Shown here piece by piece: positions 33,554 to 43,698 of a stretch of 64,000 nt of DNA. The position numbers and the translations under genes were made by a program. The DNA comes from an uncultured Victivallales bacterium (GTDB taxonomy: Bacteria; Verrucomicrobiota; Kiritimatiellia; UBA8416): positions 60,046-124,045 of the forward strand of contig CAYYJS010000001.1 in NCBI GenBank assembly GCA_964472315.1. The letters are read 5' to 3'. The notes under the pieces are model-generated. The model made no database searches and was not told where the DNA came from. It worked only from the letters and a program-made list of their open reading frames with translations. How positions within the stretch are numbered: position 1 is the stretch's first letter; the number at the start of each line of letters is the position of its first letter.

Positions 33554-35914
33554 TCATTCCTTGATCCCCTGCGCTGAAAGGCGCACGTCGAACGACTCGT
33601 CCCGGGCACGGCCCGTCATTGCGAGCTGCCGACCCGTGAGTGTGAGCCACACAGACACGGTCAGCACCTCCGTGTTGCCCTCCACGACCTTGCCGGGTCT
33701 GAAGGTCACGCGCGGACGAACATTCACCATGCGGCCGGCCACGTCGAGCACGGCATCCGCCTCGCAATAGGATATCTGCATCGCGCCAGGCTTGCCGCGC
33801 GGGTTCTGTTGCTCGATGGATTCCTCGCGCAGCGGGCCGAGCGACTTGACCGTCAGCGTGACAGCCGGCTTGGCCCCCGGCTCGATCAGCTCCCCCAGAA
33901 TGCGCCGGTCCTGCTCGCCGTGCGGCTGCACGAGCTGATCGCAGGCGATTGTGAAGGCGCCCGTCGGCCCTTTCGGCCCCCACGCCACACGGCCCGACGC
34001 CGGTCGTCCGTAGAAGAAATTGGGCCAGAATCGGGCGGGATCCGCGTGCCGGAACTCGGCATCGGCGGTGATCCAGCGCGGGGCGGTCGGGCCGAAAACG
34101 TAGGTCGCGCCGTCAGGAACGACGAGTGCCTGGCCGGCGCGCCGGGCATCGCGATCGAACGTCAGCCGGGCCCGTCCGGTTTGAACGTCGGCCCTGGCCG
34201 GCGTCGTGGGCTTGGATAGATCCAGCACCAGGAACCACCCGTCGACAATCCCCCCGCCAAATTGCGGTTGCATGGCCCTGACCGTGGGTGTGGGCGTAAC
34301 CAGTCCGTAGTTCTCCCCGTCCTTGCCGGCGCCGCACAGGAAGACCGCGCGGCCCTTGCCGCCCGGCGATCCGGTCACAATACCCCAGGCGCACCCGTCG
34401 CCGACCTGCGCCATGCCGGCGCCGGGCACGGTCGAAGCGAACCGCACGCCGCTCAGGTCGGGCGTCAGCACCGCGGCATAGTACCCGCCCGGCTCGCTTG
34501 TGGACAGCCGGTTGGCGGTCTGCCGCAGCCCCCAGGCGCTGCCGCCGGCAAAGCACGTCGATCCGTCGTCGGCTTCGCCGGTGCGCTCGATGCCGGCCCC
34601 GTTGGCCTTGCGGCCCCACTGCGAGCACCAGAGCGTCCACCCCACCGCCTGGTAATTCTCCGGCTCGATGCGCATCAGGTACGCAAAACTCGTGGCCCCG
34701 GCGCCGGCCGTGGTCAATCCGCAACCCTGGCCGATATGCCGGTGGATGTCGGTCGGTTGGCAGTGGCCCACCGAGTTGCCGCCGTCGGACCACAAAACCG
34801 CGATGATGTTGCCGTTGCGGTCGTGACTGACCCGCCGCACGGCCGTGTCGGAAACCAGCCGCAGCGAGTCGAGCCCCACGAAGGGTCCGCCCCAGTCCAT
34901 GAGCTGATACCGCAGTCGCCCGTCGGGGTGCTTGATGTTGAGAATCGGACACCGCCACGGTTCGCGGCCCGTGCTCCAATGGTGCTCGCCGCCAAACACG
35001 ATCTCGCCGTCGAGCGGGCTGACCGAGTTGCGGTCGCCCAGTCCGCCCTCAACCGCCACCGCGCCGAGCAGCTTGCCGCGGGCGTCATACGTACGAAGAT
35101 CGGCCAGGCTGGCGGCCAGCGTTCCGTCGCGGCGCAACATCAGGCGCGGGGCGTAGGCCGGGCCGTTGACGGTCCGCACCCACTCCGCGCGCGCGAGGTC
35201 GGATGACAGGCGGGCCACGAAGGTTCGGGCGCACGGCGGACTCTTGAGCCCCTGCACGCCCACTGTAACCTCGTCCGTATCGGCGGCCAGGCGCGGCGCG
35301 CCCGGCCCGGCACGGCCCGCCACGTAGATACCGCCATCGGGCGCCACCTTGCAGGCTGTAATCGCGCCGCTTCCCCAGCCCAGTCGCGCCGCGGCTACGA
35401 TGCGCTCCAGCTTCGGGTCGAGCACGACGACAAACCCGGTCACGCCTTCGTCGGTATACCGAACCGCCTCGTAACGCTGCCGGCCGGTCTGGTCAAGGAG
35501 CGGCTGCTTCGTCTTGCGGTCCACGATCGGTTGCGGCACGTGAGGCGGCGGAGGCGTACCGTCATGGCCCAGCACTCCGGTTCGTACCGCAAGCTGAAAG
35601 TCGCCGCCGATGGTGTTGCCGACCAGCACGAGGCTGCCGTCCTGACGGAACGCGCCGTCGACGAGCCACTCGTTGCCCTTGCCGCCGAGGAACCCGGCCG
35701 TGATGACTTCGGCCCGGTCCGCGCGATCGGGCCAATAGAGCAGCGGCCCGCCGTCGATAGCCTTCTGCGTGCGCTGCTGTCCGGGCGGCACCACCGGTTG
35801 TGGCGAGGTCGGTGCGTCCGCCGCGAACACACCGGCTGTGCCGAGCACAGTCACCACGGCCGTCAACCAGATACCGGCGTCGACCCCAACTGTAAGGCAA
35901 TCCTGTCTCTTCAT
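33554..35914 (-). CDS. Secreted hypothetical protein, predicted beta-propeller-like; paralog copy 1
   Basis: Signal peptide; repeated beta-strand units (GFLGGKGNE, APDGGIYVAG); near-identical to 56772..59123. Confidence 0.75.
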   Translation of the reverse strand: MKRQDCLTVGVDAGIWLTAVVTVLGTAGVFAADAPTSPQPVVPPGQQRTQKAIDGGPLLYWPDRADRAEVITAGFLGGKGNEWLVDGAFRQDGSLVLVGNTIGGDFQLAVRTGVLGHDGTPPPPHVPQPIVDRKTKQPLLDQTGRQRYEAVRYTDEGVTGFVVVLDPKLERIVAAARLGWGSGAITACKVAPDGGIYVAGRAGPGAPRLAADTDEVTVGVQGLKSPPCARTFVARLSSDLARAEWVRTVNGPAYAPRLMLRRDGTLAASLADLRTYDARGKLLGAVAVEGGLGDRNSVSPLDGEIVFGGEHHWSTGREPWRCPILNIKHPDGRLRYQLMDWGGPFVGLDSLRLVSDTAVRRVSHDRNGNIIAVLWSDGGNSVGHCQPTDIHRHIGQGCGLTTAGAGATSFAYLMRIEPENYQAVGWTLWCSQWGRKANGAGIERTGEADDGSTCFAGGSAWGLRQTANRLSTSEPGGYYAAVLTPDLSGVRFASTVPGAGMAQVGDGCAWGIVTGSPGGKGRAVFLCGAGKDGENYGLVTPTPTVRAMQPQFGGGIVDGWFLVLDLSKPTTPARADVQTGRARLTFDRDARRAGQALVVPDGATYVFGPTAPRWITADAEFRHADPARFWPNFFYGRPASGRVAWGPKGPTGAFTIACDQLVQPHGEQDRRILGELIEPGAKPAVTLTVKSLGPLREESIEQQNPRGKPGAMQISYCEADAVLDVAGRMVNVRPRVTFRPGKVVEGNTEVLTVSVWLTLTGRQLAMTGRARDESFDVRLSAQGIKE

Positions 35915-35923
35915 GGCAATCTC

Positions 35924-37654
35924 CTACCAGCAACCCAGCCGGCCGAACTTTGGCGGTCCGGCCATCTTTCCGAACACAATCTTCTTGCCGTCGTAACTGA
36001 CGGTCTGCCTGCCGACGGCAAGACTACCGCCCATCGCCACAGGTTTCGCGCCCGTGCCGCCCACCTGCAGAACATGCAGCTTCGCGCCACCGATATCGAA
36101 CACGTCGGCCCCCGTCATCGGCAGGCCGACCGTCACGATCAACGCGTCCGCGCCGCCGGCCTTGCTGAAATCGACGCCCAACGCCATCGTGCCGGCCGTC
36201 AGTGTGCCGGAACCGTCCTCAGCCGGCTTGAAGTGCGTCGTCGCTGCCTTGTGCGGACAGGACGCCATGATGCGGCGCTCGCCCTTGCCGTACACCATGA
36301 ACGCGTGCGGATCGCGCGCCCGGAAGGTCGCGTCGACCAGGATGTCGTCATCGGTACCGGTCCACTGGTTGCGGAACAGGTACATGCCGAACGTGTCATC
36401 CCAGTGCACACGCGGCATCAGTTCGGACGGGTTGGCTTCCTTGACCCCGATCGGCCAGTTCGCCAAGGCGAGCACGGCCCGATGGGGATAGCGCGACGGG
36501 GTATCGTACATCCGCGCGGCCGGGTCGGTCTCGAGGATGTGGTTGAACGACCACAGCGCGGCCGGCTTCAGCTTTTCGGGGATGATGCCGAAGCCCTGGG
36601 CGAACTGGCCGCCCCGCGAAAGGCCATCGCGATCCGAGCGCCCGCCTGTGCCCATGTAGCCCGATCCGTAGCCGCTCGGCCCCGGCAAGGTGTAGTACGG
36701 CTCGCCCTTGACCATGACCATATCGTGCACTCGGATCATCGTGACCGCGGCCGCGTTGGGGCGCGACGTCACGAAGTCCTTGCCGCCGGCCACCCGCCAG
36801 GCCTGGATGGCCGGGATCAACGCCGTGTCCGAACCGATGCCGCCCGGGCCCTTGCCTTCCCAGAACATGCCGCCGTCACCGAAGCCCTGAGTCAACTGCC
36901 GGACGATGGCCTTCTGGCTGTCCGCCATCAACGCCTCGATGCGCGAATTGTCCACGCCGGCGTCCTTCCAGACCGCCAGCAAAGCCAGTGCGCCGCCGCC
37001 AATCTGGCAGCCCCAGTGGTTGCTGCCGGGACCGTGGCGCATGCCCTTGACGAGGTAGTCGAGCGCGAAGCCGCCGGGCCCCTTCTGGATGGCCTGCGCC
37101 ACCTTGAGCCGGAACGCCTCATCCCAGCCGTCGTACCCCAGGTCGTAACCCATCGCCACTGCGCCCAGCGAGGGCCCCGCGCGCAAGGCGCCGTTGGGCT
37201 TCACGAAACCGTAGCGCGGATCGATATCACCGGCGCTGGCAAGCGCCAGCTCCATGGCCTGCTTGCTCAAATCGGCGTAGCGCTTATCCCCGGTCAGGTG
37301 GTACAGCATCGCGTACCCGGCCGGATGGAACATGGTTAGTGCCTTGCCTTCGGCCGCGTCGCGGGCCCCCGCGCCCGGGGCCGGAATCATCTCCGGCATC
37401 GCCTTGCCTTCGGCGCCGTCCAGTAAATGCCCCAACCGCTTGACAATCGCCTTGCCCTCGGGCGTGGCCGCGCGCTTGCGGATTTCGGGAAGATCCGCCT
37501 TGCGGAAGAATAGCCGTGGGTGCTCTCCCGGCTCGGGCGCCGTCCACCCCGTCACCGGCGCCGGCCAGGGCGCATCCGCCCATGCCGTAACCACACCTCC
37601 CGCCAGCACTCCGACCGCCAACATGCGTGCACCTGCGTTTTTCATCGTTCGCAC
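35924..37654 (-). CDS. Secreted heparinase II/III / oligo-alginate-lyase-like protein (alpha/alpha toroid + beta-sandwich)
   Basis: Signal peptide; EHPRLFFRKADL, AMGYDLGYD, SNHWG, GMFWEG, YLFRNQW. Fold inferred from motif order. Confidence 0.55.
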   Translation of the reverse strand: MRTMKNAGARMLAVGVLAGGVVTAWADAPWPAPVTGWTAPEPGEHPRLFFRKADLPEIRKRAATPEGKAIVKRLGHLLDGAEGKAMPEMIPAPGAGARDAAEGKALTMFHPAGYAMLYHLTGDKRYADLSKQAMELALASAGDIDPRYGFVKPNGALRAGPSLGAVAMGYDLGYDGWDEAFRLKVAQAIQKGPGGFALDYLVKGMRHGPGSNHWGCQIGGGALALLAVWKDAGVDNSRIEALMADSQKAIVRQLTQGFGDGGMFWEGKGPGGIGSDTALIPAIQAWRVAGGKDFVTSRPNAAAVTMIRVHDMVMVKGEPYYTLPGPSGYGSGYMGTGGRSDRDGLSRGGQFAQGFGIIPEKLKPAALWSFNHILETDPAARMYDTPSRYPHRAVLALANWPIGVKEANPSELMPRVHWDDTFGMYLFRNQWTGTDDDILVDATFRARDPHAFMVYGKGERRIMASCPHKAATTHFKPAEDGSGTLTAGTMALGVDFSKAGGADALIVTVGLPMTGADVFDIGGAKLHVLQVGGTGAKPVAMGGSLAVGRQTVSYDGKKIVFGKMAGPPKFGRLGCW

Positions 37655-37809
37655 ATCCTCACTTAGTCATTCCCTGTTGCACTGTCAACATAACACACGC
37701 CGGGTGCCGCCGCTTGCCCGTGGCGCCGTCAATCTTCTCCACGTGGCCGCTACCGCTATTGACCCGTCCGTTACCGCCGACGCGCTGATGGTCTGTCCCT
37801 TGTCCGGTC

Positions 37810-38529
37810 TGGGACGGCTCGCTCAAGTTCTGGGATACGGCATCCGGGCGGCTGGTCGCGGACGTGCCGCGCATGGGGATCGCCGGCGAGACCGTCGAGG
37901 GGCTCCGGTTCAGTGCCGACGGGCGGACCTTGGTGGCAACAGGCGCGGATAGAGGCCCCTCCCACACGAGCGCCGAACTCTACGACATGCAGTCGGGCGA
38001 GCGCGTAAGCAGCCTGGACCGGGAGCGCTCCGGCGTATGGACAACCGCCATCGCGGTTTCGCCCGACGAGAGCCGCCTGGCCGTGGCGTACAGCGACCGC
38101 AGCGTCGAGATCCGCAGTGCGGACGGAGCGCCGATCTCCCAACGCATCGAGGGCTGCGGGTTCGTCTGCAGCCTCGCGTTTGCGCCCGGCGGCAAGCATC
38201 TGGCGGCGGGCAGTCCCGATGCCGGGCTGACGGTCTGGGACGCCGGAACGGGCGCGAGGGTGGTGGGAATCGCGGACTTCGCCCCCCGCGACGTTGAGTT
38301 CACGCCCGCCGGCGACCGCCTCGTGGCCATGGGCTGGGATGGTACCGCACGGCTGGTGGCGTTGCCGGGAGGGGACACGCTGCGCACGTTCTCCGGCACC
38401 GAGGGGTTTCTGTGGACGCGCCCGGTCGCGGTCAGCCCTGACGGACGGTACATCGCCACCGAGACCGCCAAGGGACAGGCTATCTGGACGGAAGCGGAGC
38501 ATATTGAGGCGGTCAGCGCAATGTCATAA
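37810..38529 (+). pseudogene. WD40-repeat protein fragment (5' truncated)
   Basis: WD40 blades (FSADGRTLVATG, VSPDESRLAV, FAPGGKHLAAG..LTVWD, GWDGTARL). WDGSLKFWD continues in frame upstream of the track's start (37864) until an in-frame TGA; opposite strand to both neighbours. Confidence 0.6.
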
Positions 38530-38665
38530 GACTTTGCCGGGCGGTTGCTTGCGCAAAGGTGCGCGAACTTCTTCAACCATTTCAAGAAATTTACCCCCCC
38601 TCGCTCCTTCATGGTTGCCCGTGGCGCCGGCAATCCGCGTGTGGGGATGTCCGTGTGAATGCCTG

Positions 38666-41600
38666 TCAGGGCGCCAGCACGTTCAACAAGGCGGCCGCGC
38701 GCTGGGTTTCGGCGGTATCGGGCAGGTCACGGACCACGGCGCGCAACCGATATTCCCGCTCGCGGATACGTTCCACCCAGAGCTCGTGCAGCGTCGGCGT
38801 ATGCGCGATCTCGCGAAAGCACGGCTGCAAGCGGAAGTCCGGCGGCCGTTGCTCGGTTTTCGATTCGATGCGGAACTCGGCAAGTTCGTCGCCGCGCCTC
38901 GCGTTGAAGCCGCCGGCACTGCGCAGCGTCCAGCCGTTGCCGCCCGGCGAAGTCCGGACCACAATGACATGCCTGCCCTTCGTGACCCGCACCGCGAAGG
39001 GATGCGCGGCCAGGTCGCTCAGCGGCGCGCGGTTGCCCTCCTTCAGCCGGTCATAGACCATCTCGCCGTCCACGTACCAGCGCATGAAGTACTCGCACGT
39101 TGCGTTGACATACAGATACCCGTCGGTCGGACACTCGATGGCCGCGAAGGCATAGGCGGCGAACGGTTGCACGGCCTTCAGGTATTTCTTGTCGTAGGCG
39201 GGCGGCTCGCCGGCAAGCGTGTGAACGAGGCATCCAAGATCCAGCGTGTAGTCCTCCACGGCAAACGGGAACAGGGGCAAGGTCTCCCCATCCACCGTCA
39301 GCGTCTCGGGGATCTCGCGCATCCGCTCAGGGGGCAACAGCGTGGCGTGGCCGGGCAACGGGCCGAGCACCTGCCAGCGCGTCGGCCAGTCGATGTCCCG
39401 CAATGCGCCCCTGGCCAGCGCATTCGTTACGTTAACCGGCGGCAGGATTTCCCGCGCTTTGACCGTGTAGAACTCGGGGTCGACACGCAGCACGTAGGGA
39501 TACAGCCCGGGCGCCAGCCGCAGGCGTTCGCCAGGACCCACCTCGACACCGCCCAGCCATTGCGAAACGCCGTCGCGGTCGAGCGCGGGCATGACGATAC
39601 GGTCGCGGGTGTTGTCCAGCAGCGTGAACAGCAGACCGCTTTCCGTGGGACTGCTGATGCCGCGCGGATCGACCCACGTGGAGAAGGATGGCGTAATGTC
39701 GCCGGTGCCCTGCAACTCGCTCGTGCGGTAGTAGGCCGGCGGTTCGTTGTAGGCCGACTGCCGGTCAAGCGGCTGGAACATCGTGTCGATCCCCGCCGGT
39801 GCGGTCCCGGTGCGCGCCGCCGACAGATCCGCCGGTTCGACGACCCGGTCCGCCGGGAACGGCCCGGCGCCCAGCCAGAACCGGGTCGGCCGCTCGTTCA
39901 TCAGTTTGCCTATGGGCACATCGCCGGCCGGGCTGAATGGCCCCCCGGGCGCTACCGCGCGCGGCGGCGACATGCGCGGCTCGTTGCCGATCGTATGGAA
40001 CAGGACCCTCGCCAGTTCCGCTTTCTCGTACTGCCGCCCCTCGGGAGTCGTCACCGCGACACAGAGAAGCGAGCCCGGCGAACGCAGGAACATGCGGCCG
40101 CCCGCGAAGACCGGCGGCTGGGTCGTGCCGGGTTCCACGTCCTGGCGCGCGACGAGTTGGAGCTTCGCGTCCGCGGTGACCACCGCGATCTGGTTCCGCG
40201 AATTGTCGGACCGCCCGCCCAGGAGGTAGAGATACCGGCCGGCGACCACGGGGCTCGACAGGTTCAGCGGACCGTAGCAGTAGAGGTCGTCCATCACGGG
40301 CTTGAGCCGGGCGATCCAGCGGCCGTCGCGAACGTCCTGCACGTTGACTTCGGCACGGGTATCCGGATTGTGAGGCGTATGCGTCAGCGACGAGTGCCAC
40401 GTGAACAGGTACTTGTCCGTGCCCAGGCCGGGCGCGAACACGTTGCCGAATCCGCTGCTGCCGTAGTTGCTTTCCCAGGCGTGCGCGTTCCCCAGCTTGC
40501 CGTCGCGTTCCCAGACTCGCAATGCCGTGTTCCGCGCCTGTGAGGTCAGGTGCAGCATTCCGCAACTCGCGTGGACGCGGTGCGGCCCGTTCATGACGTT
40601 GCGTATCGCGGCGCCATCGCGGTCGGTCATCTGCAGCTCGCAATCCAATGGCGGCAAGGGCTTGCCCGTGGCGCCGTCCAGCAGGTGGCCGGTGCACGTG
40701 AGAAGCGCACTCGCATCGCCCGTCGTGAGATCGATCCCCGATCCGCTCGCTCGCCCCGGAATGTCGCGCCGCCAGATATCCGTGCCCGTCACGTGATCGA
40801 GCGTGAGGACGCGCACCACGGGGACAGCCTGTCTCCCTTCCCCCTGCGCGGCCTGTCCCTCCACGACCAGGCGAGTCCCGCACGCCCACAGTCGTGCGCC
40901 AGGCAGTTCCGTCTTGACGCTCCAGCGCAGGGCGCCGACTGCATCGAAACACGCCACTGTACCGTAGCCGCTGACGAAGGTTGCGCCGTCACCCACGGCC
41001 ACGGCCGCCCCAGCGGCGGGGGATTGGCCCCGCGCGGGCGGCGGCACGTCGCCATCCACGGTGCGCGACCAGCGCAACGCCCCCGTCGCGGCGTCGAGGC
41101 ACGCGAGCGTGCCGGCGCCGTGCGTGACGAATACCGCATCCCCGACCACGACCGGCCGCGTTCCGCCACCCAGTTCCTCGCGGCGCCACGCCACGTTGAT
41201 CCCTTTTTCGATGTCCCACACCAGCGGCGGAGCGGGATCCGGGAAGATGTGCGGGTGCGATTTCGGGATGCGCAGTGGCTCCAGGCCAGGCGTGGCAGGC
41301 TTGCGTGTCGTCACGGCCAGGCGGAACCAGGCAAGCTGGTAGTCGTTGTGCAGGCGAACGCACAGACGATTGTCGCCCGTGGCCAGGTCCATCGGCACGA
41401 ACTGCCGGCCCAGCGAGCGATACCGCCAGGTACGTTCGCGATCGACCCACACGAGGCGGTCGTTGACCCACAGCTTGGCGAAGTCGCTGGCCTCAACGCT
41501 GAGCCAGACCTTACATGGCCGTTCCGAACGCAGCACCGCGGCGCCATACCACACGGCCCCGTTGTAGCGCGGGAAGAACTGGCTGCGTTCCCACGGCGCC

Positions 41601-43207
41601 CCAAGCCGCATATCGGTGCACGTCACCGCCTGCCAGCGTTGCGTCGAGGGGCCGTATCCGGCATCCGGCAACACCACGACATCCGGCGCCGCGGCCCCGT
41701 CGTGTTCGAGACCGCGGACCTGGTGTGACGGCCCCAGCACGTGCCACCGCGGCAGGAACGTCCAGCCGTCGGCGTCCGCGGGGAGCACGTTTGCGCCGTC
41801 CTCGGTCACCGCCGCCGCGTTCACGCCATAGCTTGGACTGTCACCCACGGTCTCCGGAACGGCTTCAGGCAGCGTCGCCCCGGGTTCCGGCAGCGCCGTG
41901 ACCAGCCGCGTCGCGACGCCAAGCAGGGCGTCGACATCCGCATCGACAGGCGCCGGTCGATCGGTCTGCCGCAGGGCGTCTTCGCAGGAAAGTGTTTCGT
42001 TCTCCAAGGCAAGGTGCAGCGCGCGGATCTGATGCAGCGCCGTATTGATGTTGGCCACACTCGGGCCGCCCTCGGGCAGCCGCACCTGCTCACGCAACGG
42101 CGCGCGGCGGTCCAGCAGCATTCCATCCACCGCGCCCGCGTACGCGCCGAAGGCGCCTTCCGCGGCGTAGCGGCCGATCACGAGCTTGCCGCCGCGCCCG
42201 CCGATCGCACCCTCGTAGCGAGTTTCGGGCACGGTCACAACTTCCGAATCGTCGCCTCGCGGGTTGTAGTGTTTGCCCTTTACCTCGCCGCCGAATGAGG
42301 CCACGTAGCGGCCACGCAGCTCGTTACGATCCAGCCGCGCGTCGATGGCGAAACTCACCGTCAACGGCTCGTGCTGCGTGTGCTTGCCCCGTCCCCACGG
42401 CATCCACCCATCCTGGTGCAGGTAGACCACCAGCGTTCCGTTCAGATGCCCGTCGTCATACGCCAGCCCCGCGGGCTCGGCCTCGTGAAAGCCGGCGACC
42501 CAGCCAAACGACTTGGCCGTGGCCCGCGTGAACCGCGTCGCGGGAACCTGAAGCCGCACCGTGATTGGCGCGCGCGATACGCGGTGAGGCTTGGGACTGC
42601 CCGTCTTGTCCGGCACGAAGGCGTCGTCCCAGTACACACCGTCCTCCAGCACAAGGTCCAGCAGGCATGCGTCGTCGCGCACCTCCGCCTCGACGGCGTA
42701 GCGCACATGCCGCGGCTCGGAGAATCCGCCGATGATGAACTTGTCCCACCACTGTACGGGCGTGCCGGGCGGCTGGCGCTCGGCCATGACGCGATCCAGC
42801 CGGAAGGCCACGTTCAACTCGCCGGTCAGCCGTCTGGAATCGAGCGCGAGCTTGCGCGCATCGGCCGGGAAGCGCAGGTTCGGCCGCCAGCACCCGTAGG
42901 TGCAATTGCCGTGATAGTACCCGCGCCAGTCCTTCATGTTGCCCTGGTGCCAGCCGGGCACTTCGCCATAGCCGGTCTTCCATGCCCCTTGCGTGCGGCG
43001 CAACGTGAGCCACAACTCGTCGCTGTCCGCGCCCTCGTCGAGCCGCAACAGCACGTCCTCAACGGCAGGCCGTCGTGCCGCTTCGGCCAGCAGCGCCTCG
43101 CGGCGGGCCAGCAGCGATCGGTAGTCGGTGTCCGTATCCGCGCGCAACCCGGCGCCGGCCGTCAGAAGCGTGACCAACACCGCCCCCGCATGTCGCAGTC
43201 GTGCCAT
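38666..43207 (-). CDS. Large secreted multidomain protein (1513 aa): two unknown beta domains, jelly-roll/PA14-like modules and a PQQ/BamB-like beta-propeller
   Basis: Signal peptide; WHVLGP, WLGAGP and WQVLGP modules; PPLVWDIEKGINVAWR, PVVVGDAVFV, LACLDAATGALRW, PPVFAGGRMFLR propeller motifs. Confidence 0.75.
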   Translation of the reverse strand: MARLRHAGAVLVTLLTAGAGLRADTDTDYRSLLARREALLAEAARRPAVEDVLLRLDEGADSDELWLTLRRTQGAWKTGYGEVPGWHQGNMKDWRGYYHGNCTYGCWRPNLRFPADARKLALDSRRLTGELNVAFRLDRVMAERQPPGTPVQWWDKFIIGGFSEPRHVRYAVEAEVRDDACLLDLVLEDGVYWDDAFVPDKTGSPKPHRVSRAPITVRLQVPATRFTRATAKSFGWVAGFHEAEPAGLAYDDGHLNGTLVVYLHQDGWMPWGRGKHTQHEPLTVSFAIDARLDRNELRGRYVASFGGEVKGKHYNPRGDDSEVVTVPETRYEGAIGGRGGKLVIGRYAAEGAFGAYAGAVDGMLLDRRAPLREQVRLPEGGPSVANINTALHQIRALHLALENETLSCEDALRQTDRPAPVDADVDALLGVATRLVTALPEPGATLPEAVPETVGDSPSYGVNAAAVTEDGANVLPADADGWTFLPRWHVLGPSHQVRGLEHDGAAAPDVVVLPDAGYGPSTQRWQAVTCTDMRLGAPWERSQFFPRYNGAVWYGAAVLRSERPCKVWLSVEASDFAKLWVNDRLVWVDRERTWRYRSLGRQFVPMDLATGDNRLCVRLHNDYQLAWFRLAVTTRKPATPGLEPLRIPKSHPHIFPDPAPPLVWDIEKGINVAWRREELGGGTRPVVVGDAVFVTHGAGTLACLDAATGALRWSRTVDGDVPPPARGQSPAAGAAVAVGDGATFVSGYGTVACFDAVGALRWSVKTELPGARLWACGTRLVVEGQAAQGEGRQAVPVVRVLTLDHVTGTDIWRRDIPGRASGSGIDLTTGDASALLTCTGHLLDGATGKPLPPLDCELQMTDRDGAAIRNVMNGPHRVHASCGMLHLTSQARNTALRVWERDGKLGNAHAWESNYGSSGFGNVFAPGLGTDKYLFTWHSSLTHTPHNPDTRAEVNVQDVRDGRWIARLKPVMDDLYCYGPLNLSSPVVAGRYLYLLGGRSDNSRNQIAVVTADAKLQLVARQDVEPGTTQPPVFAGGRMFLRSPGSLLCVAVTTPEGRQYEKAELARVLFHTIGNEPRMSPPRAVAPGGPFSPAGDVPIGKLMNERPTRFWLGAGPFPADRVVEPADLSAARTGTAPAGIDTMFQPLDRQSAYNEPPAYYRTSELQGTGDITPSFSTWVDPRGISSPTESGLLFTLLDNTRDRIVMPALDRDGVSQWLGGVEVGPGERLRLAPGLYPYVLRVDPEFYTVKAREILPPVNVTNALARGALRDIDWPTRWQVLGPLPGHATLLPPERMREIPETLTVDGETLPLFPFAVEDYTLDLGCLVHTLAGEPPAYDKKYLKAVQPFAAYAFAAIECPTDGYLYVNATCEYFMRWYVDGEMVYDRLKEGNRAPLSDLAAHPFAVRVTKGRHVIVVRTSPGGNGWTLRSAGGFNARRGDELAEFRIESKTEQRPPDFRLQPCFREIAHTPTLHELWVERIREREYRLRAVVRDLPDTAETQRAAALLNVLAP

Positions 43208-43209
43208 CG

Positions 43210-43698
43210 TCAGTCCGTCCGCACGTCGATGCGGTTCAATCCGTGGAAGCGGCAGAAATCGATCACCGGCACCACGTGGCGCCAGGGAATACCGCCCTGG
43301 ACATCGAGTCGGATACGACGGTTCGGCGTCGTCTGCGCCACCTCGCGGAGGCGCCGTTCCAACAGCACCCGGTCCAGCACCTCTTCGCCGATCAGGACAT
43401 AGGGCTCGAACCGCTGTTCGTCCGGCTTCGGATCCTTCCTGACAAGGCGGGCGATCTCCCGTTGCTCCGCCGTGAGACCGGCCGGCATTGCGGCCGTGAG
43501 GACAATGACGAGACGCTCGGGCTCCTTCACCTCGATTTCGCCCGCGCCCGAATCGGGCACCTCGATGGCAACCTCCTTGTGCGGCTTCTGCAGCATCGAT
43601 GTCACCAGGAAGAAAATCAACAGAATGAACACACAGTCAATCAGCGGCGCCAGCGGCACGCCGGCCTTCTCCTCGTGCTGCAGCGAACTCAGTTTCAC
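43210..43698 (-). CDS. exbD: Biopolymer transport protein ExbD/TolR (copy 2)
   Basis: LAPLIDCVFILLIFFLVTS TM segment with the conserved Asp; GTG start overlapping the upstream stop. Confidence 0.9.
   Translation of the reverse strand: MKLSSLQHEEKAGVPLAPLIDCVFILLIFFLVTSMLQKPHKEVAIEVPDSGAGEIEVKEPERLVIVLTAAMPAGLTAEQREIARLVRKDPKPDEQRFEPYVLIGEEVLDRVLLERRLREVAQTTPNRRIRLDVQGGIPWRHVVPVIDFCRFHGLNRIDVRTD

Noticed and set aside
38294-40543. 749-aa plus-strand ORF
   Set aside because: Antisense to the 1513-aa propeller protein, with no motifs.
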